NCBI GenBank assembly: GCA_020137815.1
Contig: CM035361.1
Span: forward strand, 806,001 to 870,000
Origin: Hormiphora californensis
Taxonomy: Eukaryota; Animalia; Ctenophora
Reading direction: 5' to 3'
DNA: 64,000 nucleotides
The translations under genes were made by a program, and so were the position numbers. Below, piece after piece: positions 1 through 13,900 of the stretch. The notes beneath the pieces were generated by a model that was not told the DNA's origin, did not search any database, and saw nothing but the letters and a program-made list of their open reading frames with translations. Position 1 is the first letter of the stretch. The number at the start of each line of letters is the position of its first letter.

Positions 1-87
1 AATACGAGAATCATGCTCAGTTTTATCACTCTATCTTGTACATAGAAAAGTTATACATTCTAAATGATTTGGTTTGAAAAATCAAAG

Positions 88-3000
88 CTAATCATGGGTT
101 GTTATAAACTTACCAAACCCGTAAAGAATAACTTCAGAAACATGAAGAACGTTTGTGTCTAGGCGTTCCAGTATCACACCCATCACTTTCTCCGTTGTCT
201 TGTCGCAGGTTACCCGGTATGTCTGGTCTTTAACTGAGGTTGCATCTGGTAGGGTGACGTTGATCCACCCACAAGTGGTGGTCACAGTTTCACCGAGCAG
301 AGAAACCTTCGTACCTATGATCCTGTCTCTACATTTAGTGGGATATTCCAACGCCCACCAGTCTTGCCCTGTGGCGATCCTAATAGTACGGGAGATAAAC
401 AATTAAGAAATTACTTCTATACACCATTAAGCGACAGAATCTTGACCACTATCACTCAATCGTTGTCGTCGGAACTGGCGTGATCATGATAAGAAATGAA
501 CAATTCTAACTATATCCAAACCTGTTGATAATGTCCACATAGACAACTTTACTGGAGGGTGTTTCTAGGTACAAGGCTAGCCACTCTGTGACAGATGTGT
601 TGTGGCCAGAGTGATAGAAAGTCGCTACTTTGTCATCAAACGCTTTGTCTGGCGAATACAACGGCTTGGCTCTGCGCTGGTCTTCTTCATAGAGTGATCT
701 TGATTTGCCAAAAGATACTGGAAGTTTGGAATATCCCGAAATTGTCTGCAGGACTGAGTATTATGAACAAAGTTGTTGGGGACACCACCATCATTCATTA
801 CTAGAAAGTTTCAAGAAATAAAATAGGTAGAAAATTAGACATATGAAAATAAGGTGTTTTCAGTAAGAACAGTTTCTATGTCTATCTATCCGGCATAGTA
901 CAAGTAGGGGATACTAGCGCAGTATGCACACAGAATACAATACCCCTGTAAATGCTTGTTTTGTTCAAACCCATTCGAACAAGGTAAGAAAATACAGTTG
1001 TCTTACGGCTTTTATTTTGTCCCTACCAGTAACCACGCCAGTGTCCCTGATTGCACTAGTAAACGACAATTAGGCTTTATTATCTAGAGCACCCAGCAAG
1101 GCATGAGGGGAGAAAGAGCCAATAGGTAAAGAGGAACACCGGTATTTCAGAATTTCGTCTGGTGGTAGAGAGATAGGAAATACAGCTGGGCGATGGTAAA
1201 CTTGGTAGATTTCAGTGGGGGGTACGTCACCTTTTTTTTTGCCCACTGCCCACATTATTCTTAAATTTTGAATTTGCCCACATGGGCAAAAGTGGGCAAA
1301 AGTAGGCAAAAGTAGGCAAAAAAATTAAATCCATAAAAAATATATGCTATCAACCAGGTAATCGTCTGTGACAAAGGTTTTTCACCACTAATGTCCTCCT
1401 AGAGGTCCCCCCTATCGATTCCAACCGATAATTTATTTGCTCAGGGTTGATAAGGCTCCATATCCAACTGGGAAAAATGGGCAAAATATGTTGGTAAAAT
1501 TAGGAAAATTGGTCATTTTAGGCACGTTTCTCACATAATTGGAGTGGAAAATTTTTCTGGTTTTTCTGGGACCCCATTGGAGTACAATGCAAGTGGAAAA
1601 CCTTTGTTATGTATCAGTTCCCTAAATAGCCCCAAAATGACGAAAAATCACTGGCCTTTGCCTAATTTTGCCAAAAATTTTTGCCCACTTTTGTCCAGTC
1701 GGACATGGAGCCTTATCAACCCTAAGTCATAAGTAAGTACATTAATTATCGGTTGGAATCGATAGAGGGGACCTCTTGGAAGACATTGGAGGTGAAAAAC
1801 ATTTGTCACAGAGGGTTTTCTGGTAAAGTTTTGATGCTTATAATATTTTTGCCCACTTTTTGCCCACTTTGCCCACATTATACCTGTTTTTTGAGATTTC
1901 AGTTTGCCCATGTGGGCAAATGTGGGCAAATGTGGGCAAAAAAAAAGGTGACGACCCCCCCATTTCAGTAGTACAGCTGAGCTATGAAATAGTAATCAGG
2001 TGTGGGGACGTTCCCAAGCTATAACATAGACGAACGAATTGTCATAGATGGAAGAGAGATCAATAAATAACAAGGGAGTTATCTTGAGCACCCATGGGTA
2101 GCAGGAACCAACCGAATCAAGGAAATACTGGTCCCTGATTGGCTGATAACCAGTCACGTGACCTAAATAACGAGTTATGATTGGTTGTTTACTTGTTTCG
2201 GTCGGTAGTACTCGTGGTAGATACCTTGTTCTAAAGAAAGGAAGTAAGACTTGAGAGATCTTACAGACCTCGCGTATTTTCTAGGGAGGACTGGAGAGAG
2301 ATCCCACCGTGCTGTTTAACTTTGCCAGAGTTAAACAAGCTCTTGGTAGGCTCAAACATACTATTTCCCACATTTTCAACCGAGTCACCAATGCATTTCC
2401 ACCCCACTGCTACTAGGACTATCACTTACCAGGTCTCGATTTGCCGGATAGGAAAGTGTCCCTAACTATGTATAACCCCTTCCTGTCCCTTTTGCCCCAT
2501 TCCCCTTCCCCCTTTCTCTTCCCTCGCCCCGTCCCCCTTCCACCCTTGTTGTATCCCCAGGACACAGGTATATCAAAAGACCGCGAGTACCCTGCTACCT
2601 GTATTCACTTACCAGTAGTAACTTCATGTCCTGTGGAATTATCATCTGAGTCATCTGAATCATCATCTGATGTGATTTTCTCAAAAACGTTAACCTCCGC
2701 TATGTTCATGGCGATAACGGCAACTCCGGCAGTATTCTTGTCACCATTCGCAACCTCAAAATCCTTCAGTATCACTCCCATTACTTTCTGCGTTATCTTG
2801 TCGCTGGATACCCGGTATGTCTGGTCTTTAACTGAGGTTGCATCTGGTCGGGTCTCGTTGATCCACCCACAAGTGGTGGTGGTGGTTCCATCGATTATTA
2901 AAGAGACCTTTGTGCCGATCATTCTATTGCTGGCTCTAACTTGGTTGTTCATCGCCCAATTATCACCCTCCATTGCAATCCTGAGAGATCAGGAAGATAA

Positions 3001-3765
3001 AGCGAAACATAACACGGTCGCTTGTAGTGGGAATACTGTAATGGAAAACGGAGACACTGTATGAAGACGCGCAACCGCGTCCAATCGGCGCGGTAGTACG
3101 TGCTGACCACAAAGTACTTTAACAGATTGTTGACAAAAGCACTCGCGCGTTACGCGCAGATTACTGTATTCTGCGTTACAGTATTTTCACTGCAAGCAGC
3201 ACTGTTATGATAATGCTGTAATTGCAATGCCTGACCAGTCATATCGCCCCGAGAAACTTTTTGTTTGAGTGATATAATTATGTTTATAATTACCTGCTTA
3301 CAACCTCGACATAGAGAACTTTGGTGGGTTCAGCAAAGTACAGTTTAATCCATTCAACGTCTTTTTTGCCTTTTGATTGGTAAAACGTGGACAGAATGCC
3401 GTCAAACGCCATAGTAACGTGAAAATCCTACAACATACATTTATCAGGGCCTAATAAAGTCATTACATCTTTTGAAAAATGCTTCGCCTACAGATAATCT
3501 AACTTGTTATGTTCTAACCCTCCCTTTACGTTTGTGCGGGCACGAAACACAGTCTTTAGCTTGGCAAAATCTAACAACATGCATGGCTTCAGGAGCTTAG
3601 CACAATGTATCAAAAAATATTATGAGGAACACTTACCTGATTTTTCATCGTTCTGGAACTGCCACTGGTTATGGTGACATGTTTAGCGTCTCCTGTGACA
3701 TCACCATTCGAAGCATGATAGTACACCAGCAGAAGGAGAATACTCAATACTCGATATTCCAACAT
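88..3765 (-). CDS. Secreted protein with two tandem F5/8 type C / fucolectin (FTP)-like domains; 6 exons: 3765-3637, 3427-3294, 2980-2613, 2461-2430, 745-522, 379-88
   Basis: Manual splicing gives GT-AG, phase-compatible exons. Signal peptide MLEYRVLSILLLLVYYHASNG. Domain 1 AFDGILSTFYQS..EWIKLYF..VLYVEVVSR..RMIGTKVSL..CG..QTYRV..IAEVNVF; domain 2 AFDDKVATFYHS..EWLALYL..VVYVDIINR..RIIGTKVSL..CG..QTYRVTC..VSEVILYG. The intron position is the same in both domains. It could instead be two tandem genes. Confidence 0.7.
1217..1961. mobile_element. Foldback MITE with G-run/C-run termini and 8-bp TSD
   Basis: TIR gggggg(t)acgtcaccttttttttt gcccac / gtgggcaaaaaaaaaggtgacgaccccccc; TSD ATTTCAGT at 1209-1216 and 1962-1969; internal inverted homology. 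Confidence 0.85.
2102..2207. mobile_element. 109-bp hAT-type MITE family, 3'-truncated copy
   Basis: Matches caggaaccgaccgaa family consensus; right TIR incomplete. Confidence 0.8.
3503..3567 (+). repeat. Short dispersed repeat ttgttatgttctaaccctccctttac...gaaacacagtct..gc..ggcaa (related copies ~14500-14570 -, ~27490-27525 -, 46273-46347, 46890-46960, 47941-47966)
   Basis: Near-identical ~25-70 bp motif recurring; class unclear. Confidence 0.6.
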
Positions 3766-3988
3766 AACTAAAGGGGGTGAAAATTCATAACTAAGTTCCA
3801 ATTTACTAGAACTATTGGAATTATATCAATCAGGAGAGAGAAAATAGTAGAGTCGATAACTACATCGACCTCTCCCAATTGTTCCAGTTTTTGTCACATC
3901 TGTTTGGAGCCTCGGCACGACCTCTAAACAGGTGTTACTTTTTCACAAACTGTTTTCATCTTGGTGTAATCAGCAGTTGAAATGTTGC

Positions 3989-5756
3989 TAATCATAACAA
4001 AAACCTGACTAAATTTTTTCAACTTGGGGTAAAACCATGGGTGTCAAAAGTTAGCTCTAGGTCCCCTGAGTAACCATCCGGAGACTCCAAGAGATATTTC
4101 AAGCCGTTCTCCTGTAATCATTAATCCCGGTAGAGCACATATTTGAGTATGGACGTACGTGCAATTGCCTACAACCTCAACTTTAAGGGTACACCTCGGC
4201 AAAATTTTTGTCGAGTGCCCGCTTAGCTCTCCATATGGGGTTGTAGGGCATACCAAGCCGACCTCAAATATGCAATTTTAGCCCTTAACTCGAATTCATA
4301 TTTTTGCTACAGCCCCTCAAAGTTTGACCCTAAAAACCGGTTTTTAAGGTCCCTAAATTTTATTTTTAGGGCTAGAAAGCTGAAAATTTAGGGATTCATA
4401 GAGGATACCAAGGTGTATAGCTCAAACAGAAATTTTTTGAAATGGAGCTCAATTTTTTGTCTGAGACTATTTTACTTTTTTTGACTTTGAGGCCATATTT
4501 GGACATGTTCCTATGGACCGTTAAGGCTAAAAATTGGATATTTGGTGCTCCTAACAATTGTCAAAGTAGCCACAAATTTTCAGGAGGTCCGAATTTGAAA
4601 TGTGACCTACAGGTTTCTTTTTGTAAAGCACAAATTTCAGGAAAACTTAAAATGGCTATATCTCAAAAACGGTAGGTCCTAGCGATCTAATTTTGTGCTA
4701 AATCGATTCAGCGGGTCCGATTTTGGGGGGGTCGTCTCGTAGACATTTTGCTCTAAGTCTAACCGTTTTTTCAGAAATCGTATTTTAAGGTTTGTACATG
4801 TTTAGCAGAAATGCTTCTAGCTAGAGCTAAACATGTTCAAATCTTAAAATACGATTTCTGAAAAAACGGTTAGACTTAGAGCAAAATGTCTAAGAGACGA
4901 CCCCCCCAAAATCGGACCCGCTGAATCGATTTAGCACAAAATTAGATCGCTAGGACCTACCGTTTTTGAGATATAGCCATTTTAAGTTTTCCTAAAATAT
5001 GTGCTTTACAAAAAGAAACCTGTAGGCCACATTTCAAATTCGGACCTCCTGAAAATTTGTGGCTACTTTGACAATTGTTAGGAGCACCAAATATCCAATT
5101 TTTAGCCTTAACGGTCCATAGGAACATGTCCAAATATGGCCTCAAAGTCAAAAAAAGTAAAATAGTCTCAGACAAAAAATTGAGCTCCATTTCAAAAAAT
5201 TTCTGTTTGAGCTATACACCTTGGTATCCTCTATGAATCCCTAAATTTTCAGCTTTCTAGCCCTAAAAATAAAATTTAGGGACCTTAAAAACCGGTTTTT
5301 AGGGTCAAACTTTGAGGGGCTGTAGCAAAAATATGAATTCGAGTTAAGGGCTAAAATTGCATATTTGAGGTCGGCTTGGTATGCCCTACAACCCCATATT
5401 GAGAGCTAAGCGGGCACTCGACAAAAATTTTGCCGAGGTGTACCCTTAATGTATAACGTTAATGTGCGTCTCTCTCTTTTCTCCCCCTTGAGAAAGAGTT
5501 ATCTCGCGCGGCGCAATCGCACGTGCGGTTTTTCCAGAGAGAGTGAGAGACATACAATAACATGTAAACAGCCTGCCAGCGCTCACGTACGTCCGCATTG
5601 TATTTTTTTCTCCACCGGGATTAATGATTACGGGAGAACGGCTTGAAATATCTCTTAGAGTCTCCGGATGGTTACTCAGGGGACCTAGACCTAACTTTTG
5701 ACACCCATGGTTTTACCCCAAGTTGAAAAAATTTAGTCAGGTTTTTGTTATGACTA
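3989..5756. mobile_element. Nested MITE with ~145-bp TIRs
   Basis: 3989-4134 mirrors 5611-5756 (ta[a/g]tcataacaaaaacctgac...); no clear TSD. Confidence 0.75.
4187..5445. mobile_element. Kolobok-type foldback MITE (~620-bp arms, near-perfect palindrome)
   Basis: TTAA|gggtacacc...ggtgtaccc|TTAA; mirrored identical ORFs 4442+ and 4957-. Confidence 0.85.
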
Positions 5757-5838
5757 GCGCACCCATTGGGTGCGCCTCAAGTAAGGGCTTTTTGATATCC
5801 CACCCGGCTTCGCCGGGTGGTTCTTTTTGCCCCTTTAA

Positions 5839-7231
5839 GGGTACGCTAACCAAAATTTTTTTTCGAGTGCAGGGAAATCTCTCACCGTAGGGTTGTAGGC
5901 CATGCCAAGGAGACCTCAAATATGCAATTTGAGCTCTCAAGTCGAATTCATATTTTTGCTACAGCTGCTTGAAAAATGAACTGAAAATAAGTTTTTGGCA
6001 TCTCAAAAATTTTTTTTTAAAGATAGGAGCATGAAAATTTGGGGATTTGAAGAGGACATGAAGGTGAATAACCACAAAAAATTTTTTTGCAATCTGAGCT
6101 GATTTCCGGTCCTGAGATGGATTTCTTTTTTTCCACTTTAACGCCCTATTTGGCAAAGTTCCGAAAACATGTGAAAGCTGTAAATTGGTGAAAAGTTGCG
6201 TCTAACGATTATCTAAGTGGCCATAAATTTTGGGCGTGTCCTTATTTGAGACAAGCTGTACAGAGTTTTTTTTGTGAAAGCCGTCATTTCAGAAATAAAT
6301 AAATTCCCTGTATCTCAAAAACGGCTGATTGTAGAGACCTGAGACTATGCTTAAACGATTCAGAAGGTCCGATTTTGGGGGGGTCTTCTGAGAGACATTT
6401 TGCTCCTACTTCAACCGTTTTTGCTGTAATTGCGAAAAACAAATTCTATGAAAAGGGCAAAAGCTAAACTCCAATATCCTGTAATTAGGGAATTTTGGCT
6501 GAGAAAGGACCGAAACTATGGAAAAATGTGTAACAAGCTAATTCCTTCACTATTTGGTCCATATGGGTCCCTATAATCACCAAAAACAAAATCACAGAAA
6601 ATCCACGATGGCGAAGATGGGTTTTTGTTTTTCGCAATTACAGCAAAAACGGTTGAAGAAGGAGCAAAATGTCTCTCAGAAGACCCCCCCCCCAAAATCG
6701 GACCTTCTGAATCGTTTAAGCATAGTCTCAGGTCTCTACAATCAGCCGTTTTTGAGATACAGGGAATTTATTTATTTCTGAAATGACGGCTTTCACAAAA
6801 AAAACTCTGTACAGCTTGTCTCAAATAAGGACACGCCCAAAATTTATGGCCACTTAGATAATCGTTAGACGCAACTTTTCACCAATTTACAGCTTTCACA
6901 TGTTTTCGGAACTTTGCCAAATAGGGCGTTAAAGTGGAAAAAAAGAAATCCATCTCAGGACCGGAAATCAGCTCAGATTGCAAAAAATTTTTTTGTGGTT
7001 ATTCACCTTCATGTCCTCTTCAAATCCCCAAATTTTCATGCTCCTATCTTTAAAAAACATTTTTTGAGATGCCAAAAACTTATTTTCAGTTCATTTTTCA
7101 AGCAGCTGTAGCAAAAATATGAATTCGACTTGAGAGCTCAAATTGCATATTTGAGGTCTCCTTGGCATGGCCTACAACCCTACGGTGAGAGATTTCCCTG
7201 CACTCGAAAAAATTTTTTGGTTAGCGTACCC
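5839..7231. mobile_element. Second, related Kolobok-type foldback MITE (~605-bp TIRs, ~180-bp spacer)
   Basis: TTAA|gggtacgct...agcgtaccc|TTAA; diverged homologue of 4187-5445. Confidence 0.85.
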
Positions 7232-8414
7232 TTAAACGTCAATAACACGGTTGCCATGGCAACTGAATTGGTAACTATGGGGACTGAATTGTTAAATGTC
7301 ATTCGAAAATATTAACAAACTTTCATTGGAAGTTCCAAAAGTGTGAACAGCAGCTTTACAGCTTTGGTCATATGAAGTGTTTTATGAAGGAGCAGTCTGT
7401 CGCTTAGATACCGCCTAACGAACGACCATCACGACGTTCATCTCCAAATTATAATATAGATTAGCAACATTTCAACTGCTGATTACACCAAGATGAAAAC
7501 AGTTTGTGAAAAAGTAACACCTGTTTAGAGGTCGTGTCGAGGCTCCAAACAGATGTGACAAAAACTGAAACAATTGGGAGAGGTCGATGTAGTTATCGAC
7601 TCTACTAAAAGGATGGGCACGGTTAAAGAAACACATACAAGTAAAATATAGCAGAGGATGTAAAACACGCGAGATGCCCGCGGGTGGGGTAATGGTATTG
7701 ATCGCAGAGAGATATAGATAGATAGCGAGAGAGATAGACTCCCTCCCTCTCTTGTTCCCTCTCTTGCTCTATCAGCCCATGTCTTGATAAGAGAGACAGA
7801 CAGACAGCCTAGCAAGCATTTAACCCATCGCTATATTTTCCTCTCTGTGTCTGATCCTCTCTTCTATGGCGTTGCCTATTTTCCTCTCTGTGTCTCTATC
7901 CTCTATCTCTCTCTCCTCCTCTTCTCTCTCTATCTATTATCTCTCTATCTATGGCTGTTGCCTATGCTCTATCTCTCATCTCTCTCTCTCTCTCTCTCAT
8001 CTCTATCCTCTCTCCTCCTTCTTCTATCCTTTATATATCTCCTTCTCCATTCCATCTATCGCTTTCGCTCTCTCTCTCTCTGCTCCTCTACGAGCTCTCT
8101 CGTCTATCTCTCTTTATCTCTCTCTCGCAGTTCCATCTTATCTCCCCTTTTATATCCCAGTATCCTCTAGCCTATCATGGCGCGCCGTGTCACATTAATG
8201 AGGTGATCATCCTAGGTTCTACTGTTCCAACTAAAAAGAACGAAGAAGTTCTTCAGGGGAAAAATGGTTTATTGCCGCAATATATTAAAATTTAAGGACC
8301 GGGAAGTGTGCTACAAATCTACCTCTCAGAATACCACCATCCATCGTAGTATCGTACCCACTCACAATCCTACAGTCTGATATTTCTTGAATCTTATACC
8401 TCCCGTCCTTTCAG

Positions 8415-10883
8415 GTTGGGTGAACTGCTCTGACTGTCCTCGATTGGTCCGCTGCTCCTCCCCTTACAAATCCTCTTCCTGTCCCGGAACAATCACATCA
8501 CAACGATCACCTGCGATCAGGTCGAGGAGCCACCAGAGGAGGTGGAAACTAAATTAGTAGATGCATCGGAGGAGGCGGAAACTAAATTAGTGGATGAATC
8601 AGAGATAACTTTGATAGAAGAACCAACATTGGAGCGTACTACTGGACCAGCATCTACAGCTGGACCAATACTGAACTCTACTGGACTTTATCAGCCAGCT
8701 AGCGAAACAATAGAAGAATCTGGTGAAGAGGTCGAGATAGAGGATACTAAAGTGGGGCCAGATGCTATCCCTGTAGCAGATGAAAACGTTAATAGGGTCA
8801 TTGAAGAAGATCCTATAACAGATTCCAGCCTACAATCACCGCACGACCCCAGGATATCGCTTTTAGGCCCTGCCGGCCCGCCTCCCATTCAAAGTGAAGA
8901 AACAACAACACGTGATGTTGCAGAAGGAAGGAAAAGCCGTCAGATCAAGTCGTCAGGTGATTCGACAGCTAGTAAAGATTCCACCCTTGATGAACGGACA
9001 CTAGAGGACGGTCAACTGCAAGCGACGCTCGACAACACAATGATATTAGCTGATAACGACTGTAAAGCAATGACCCCTGACATAAATATAGACAAGCGGG
9101 TATACCCTGATTCTGGACAACTATATGGTTTAGTGGCTAATGGCGGTGACAACGGGAAAGCGCTTTTGGTGGAGGGTAAGGAGCCGTCTCTCTCCGATGA
9201 TTCTGGTCATTTTGATCAATCAAGTGATGCTGTAAATGGGAGTATTGATCCTCGACCAACTACACTCGAAATTAACTCGCCTCAAAACATAGATACTGTG
9301 ACGACAACACCCTTGGGCAATTATACGGATCCTGGAACGACGAGACCCTTGGACAATACGGATCCTGGAACGACACCCTTGAACAATACCGATCCTGTAC
9401 AACCGGTGGTAGCGATAACACCTGTGGATGTGGAGATAAATGAAATGACGCCTATAAAAACAAGGTAACTAATAATACAATTAACCTTAAAAACTTCTGT
9501 TGTTTTTAATTTGTATAATAATACAATTAGTTAATTGGTTTGTTTTTTGTTTATTTGTGGTTATTGCGTCTGGTGGATGACCTGCCCGAAAGTAGTAGAG
9601 GCCACACCGAACACGCTTATATTAGCGCCCCATTACATGGTAATAATGTAATAATGTAATTGGTAATTACCAACACTAATTAGTAATTAGTTTTGTGTTT
9701 CACCTCACACAAGGCACACCCTATAAACTGGGTAAACCTAACAACAACAAAATGGGGGCTCAGTGTGGTTCAATAGTCTCCCAATCTGATTGGGATGTAC
9801 TCAAACCTAAATTATCATGTGTGTGTGCGTGTGTGTGTGTTCGAAAGTGATCCTACTCAAAGTGTGCGTCTATAGACTCTAGTACACATCGTCCCCTACT
9901 TCACACACTATATTCTTTAGTAACTTCTATCTTCTCTTGTTGTACTTGGACTAATGCAAGTTTACTACTTTTACGAGTAAGCCCCCATTTTGTTAGATCT
10001 AATCGACAGGTTCATTTTCAACGTCAGATTCCTTAAAACAACAACTCTCATTTCAATCTGCATATTTCCGAACCCTCGTGCTGTCTGTCACGTCATTTTT
10101 AAAAGAAAATGCGGTGTGAGCCACACAACACCCACAACACATAACACCCACACAACACACACACAACACCCACATAACACCCACCCAAACACCACCCACA
10201 CAATGCAACACCCACATAACACCCACACAATGCAGCACCCACACGACTCCCACTGTGTGTAGCTCACACCGCATTTTATTTCAGAGCTCGATCTGTGATG
10301 GTGAGCCACACAACTATGCCACTGAACCCTCGCAGCAGGAACCGACCGAATCAGGAAATACTGGTCCCTGATTGGCTGATAACCAGTCACGTGACCTAAA
10401 TAACGAGTTCTGATTGGTTGTTTACTTGTTTCGGTCGGTTCCTGCCTCGCAGAGTGCGTTTTCTGTGACATCACTTACTCCCACTGAACAACCTATTTCA
10501 GCCCTGAGAAGACAGCTGTTGATGAGCTAAGGGAGAATATTGGGAGGAAGTTAACCTCCCTCGCATTTCCGGTAGTTGGGGGTGGTGGTGGTGCAGGTAC
10601 CTGCTACTGCTAAGCAACTCATTAGATCTGATACTAACCTTCCAATATATGAGGTAGAGAGCTGTTTGCAACTTGTTTTAGTTTTGATTTTATTCTCGCG
10701 TGTGAGCCTGAACTGTTCAGACTCAGCGAGAGGTAAGGGGTGTTGCTCAGTGTGCTCAATGTTCCTCGATTTGTTGCTTCGTAATCATGAACTTTGATCT
10801 CATGAAAGGGGGAAAAAGAAAAAATCTAATTGACCCCCCTTGAGAGAGCGAGAGGAGAGGGAGAGAGAGAGGAGAGGAGAGAG

Positions 10884-10967
<84 letters not shown>

Positions 10968-13900
10968 AGATAGAGAGAGACTAATCTGAGAGAATAGAGA
11001 TAGAGAGGAGACCTCGCTCTACTCTCTCTCTCTCTCTCTATCTATCTCTCTCTCTATCTCTCTCTCTCTCTCTCTCTATCTCTTCTCTCTCTCTCTCTCC
11101 TCTCTCATCTCTCTCTCCTCTCTCTCTCTCTCTCCCTCCCTTTCTTTCCCTCAGCCGGATAAGATCTCAATATCATCACAAGAAACAACTAACAGTAGTT
11201 GTAGTACCGCTCTTGAGGATGAGGACATGGACCCCATTGCTGTTCGAATTAGGAAAAAGAAAACACGTAGGTTTTATGTACTTGCTAGACCCTGTTTCAC
11301 CGCACCAAATGTTAGAACATAACAAGGTTTTACAAGTTAAGCGATGACATCACTGAGTTTTATACTTTTCAGCTTTCTTTACTTTAAAACCAGCTCTTTC
11401 ATTCTACAAAGAGACATGTCAGAGATGTCTCAACTTAATTCCTTCCTCTCCTCAGGAGCACTAATTTCACCCTCCCTCCCCTCAGGAGCACTAATTTCAC
11501 CCTTCCTCCCCTCAGGAGCACTAATTTCACCCTTCCTCCCCTCAGGAGCACTAATTTCACCCTTCCTCCCCTCAGGAGCACTAATTTCACCCTTCCTCCC
11601 CTCAGGAGCACTAATTTCACCCTCCCTCCCCTCAGGAGCACTAATTTCACCCTTCCTCCCCTCAGGAGCACTAATTTCACCCATCCTCCCCTCAGGAGCA
11701 CTAATTTCACCCTTCCTCCCCTCAGGAGCACTAATTTCACCCTTCCTCCCCTCAGGGGCACTAATTTCACCCATCCTCCCCTCAGGAGCACTAATTGCAT
11801 CCTTCCTCCCCTCAGGAGCACTAATTTCACCCTTCCTCCCCTCAGGAGCACTAATTTCACCCTTCCTCTCCCCTCAGGAGCACTAATTTCACCCTTCCTC
11901 CCCTCAGGAGCACTAATTGCATCCTTCCTCTCCCCTCAGGAGCTATAATTTCACCCTTCCTCTCCCCTCAGGAGCTATAATTTCACCCTTCCTCCCCTCA
12001 GGGGCACTAATTACACCCTTTCTCCCCTCAGGAGCACGACACAGATCTTCTCGACAACAGTCCCCGGCACGCAGCACTACCTCGCCCCACAGCGAGATGG
12101 ACATCAGTAATCTAGTCCTGGAGGTAAAGTTAGGAGAGAAATGAGCGGGTGAGATCGTTTTTATCTAAGATGGAGCGAGAAAGAGATCAGATAGTACCTG
12201 GGTTTGCGAACGGCACAGGGGAATATCACAAAGATATTTTCTACTACATGTTATCTCCTCTACCAGGTAGATGATCAGGGTATTGAAGAGCAGCAATCTG
12301 GGGACAGTTTAGAGGAGGGAAGGACACTTGATTGCAGTTTTGATGGGGATGGTATACTAAACGTTCTCAGTACATTAGGTTAGTACGTCTTAGTCAAGAC
12401 AATGGACAGCGTTGATTGTTTTATAACTTGTGTGTTGGTCCTCAATGCCTTGATTCAGTGAGATAGTGGCAACTGGCAAGACTTGAGGTCATTGGTTGTG
12501 TTACATCTAGACAGTTGGCCTATTATCATTACATGGCCTTGTTCACACCTGAATGCAACTTGGCCAAGTCACCGCGATAACCACATGAGACAGCATTGTT
12601 TGAATCGCGAACAAAAACAATAAAAAGTTTGCACCTCTGATCGTGATACTGGATCATGCCAAGAGGTATAGGTATATATCTAGTTAGCATGTCCTTGTGA
12701 TATAGAAGTAAACTGTTGTGTGTAAACACTGCACCTCCGTCGAAAAGAGTCGACTGATCAAATCACAGAGAAAACTTTTACTTATCCAATAAAATAAAAG
12801 AAAACTTAACAAATCGTCATATCAATTTCATTTCAACGCAGATTTTAGTCATCGTCTTTATATTTCTACACCACAATTCTTGCCCAGATTTCGTGGTAAT
12901 GTACCTTCTGATTGTACCCAATTTCTCTCGCGTACAACTAATCATATTGATCCCTCACCTTTGCTCATATATCTCTCGAATCTCATTTATATCGACTATT
13001 TATTTAGCCTACCCGGATTCTGTCATATCTTGATGGCGGTGTACCTGTTCCGGTAAGCACCCCTCACCCTCATCAACACCTCCAACCCTAGCCCCGTTAC
13101 CATGGTTACCGTCGCCAGGAGACCCATCACCCACCCACACTTCACCCAATCAAGGTACTGTAACATCAGCAGGGCCGCCATGTTACCACTATAATTACCA
13201 ATCATCATAAAGTTTAACCAGATGGTAATGTTGAGAGAGTTCGCCTTGAAACCGTATCTTCTATAACACAGCGACTCCTGGAGGTCCACCACCACAAACC
13301 GAGCAGCCATCGTGGATATTTGGACACCGATACCAAGGAGGATCACCGCCAGGTAGGCCGTGTACGGGATGTAATCGAAGATAAGCCCGCTCGCTGGGTA
13401 AGGGAAGACAATATAAACGGAGAAGGCAACGAGGAAGCCTCCTAGCGTCATGAGTTCAGCGGGTCGGAGGAGGGTAGATTGTAGGGCCAGACCTGCTACA
13501 TTTCCACCTATCAGAGTTGCTGTTAGCATCACAAATATGTAGCTGCTGCTTGTTGCTATGGAGATACCAAAAACTCCGAGGAGATAGGGAGCTAGGATTG
13601 CGGTGAGGCATCCAATGGTGAGTTCACATAACGCGAAGGATAGGTAGACTAGAGCACAGAGGGGTGTCAGGGGGTCAGAGGGGGAGGCAGCCACGTCTAT
13701 AGATCCATCCTCCGAGGAAATGGAGGATTCTGTTGGGAGCTTATACACTGGTCCAGTTGTTTTCTAATTGAGTAAGGGATTTAGAATTACATGATACATA
13801 ATTAATTGAACTGCTTAGACTTTCCAGCTTCATTGAATAACTTGAATTGTGCGGAGAGCGGACACAGTGTCAGGCGACTCAATGAATAACAAGATCACGG

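Larger units (their letters stand above)
3845..7607. mobile_element. Outer MITE with ~145-bp TIRs (TAG...CTA termini, AAA flanks; Academ-like) hosting nested elements
   Basis: 3845-3990 is the reverse complement of ~7460-7607; AAA on both sides is consistent with a 3-bp TSD. Confidence 0.75.

Noticed and set aside
1029-2350. Upstream TECPR2 WD40 exons on + strand (~1029-1196, ~2284-2345)
   Set aside because: Only weak resemblance and frameshifts would be needed; not supportable by eye
4442-7315. Duplicated ORF pairs on opposite strands
   Set aside because: Mirror images from MITE inverted repeats; no transposase motifs
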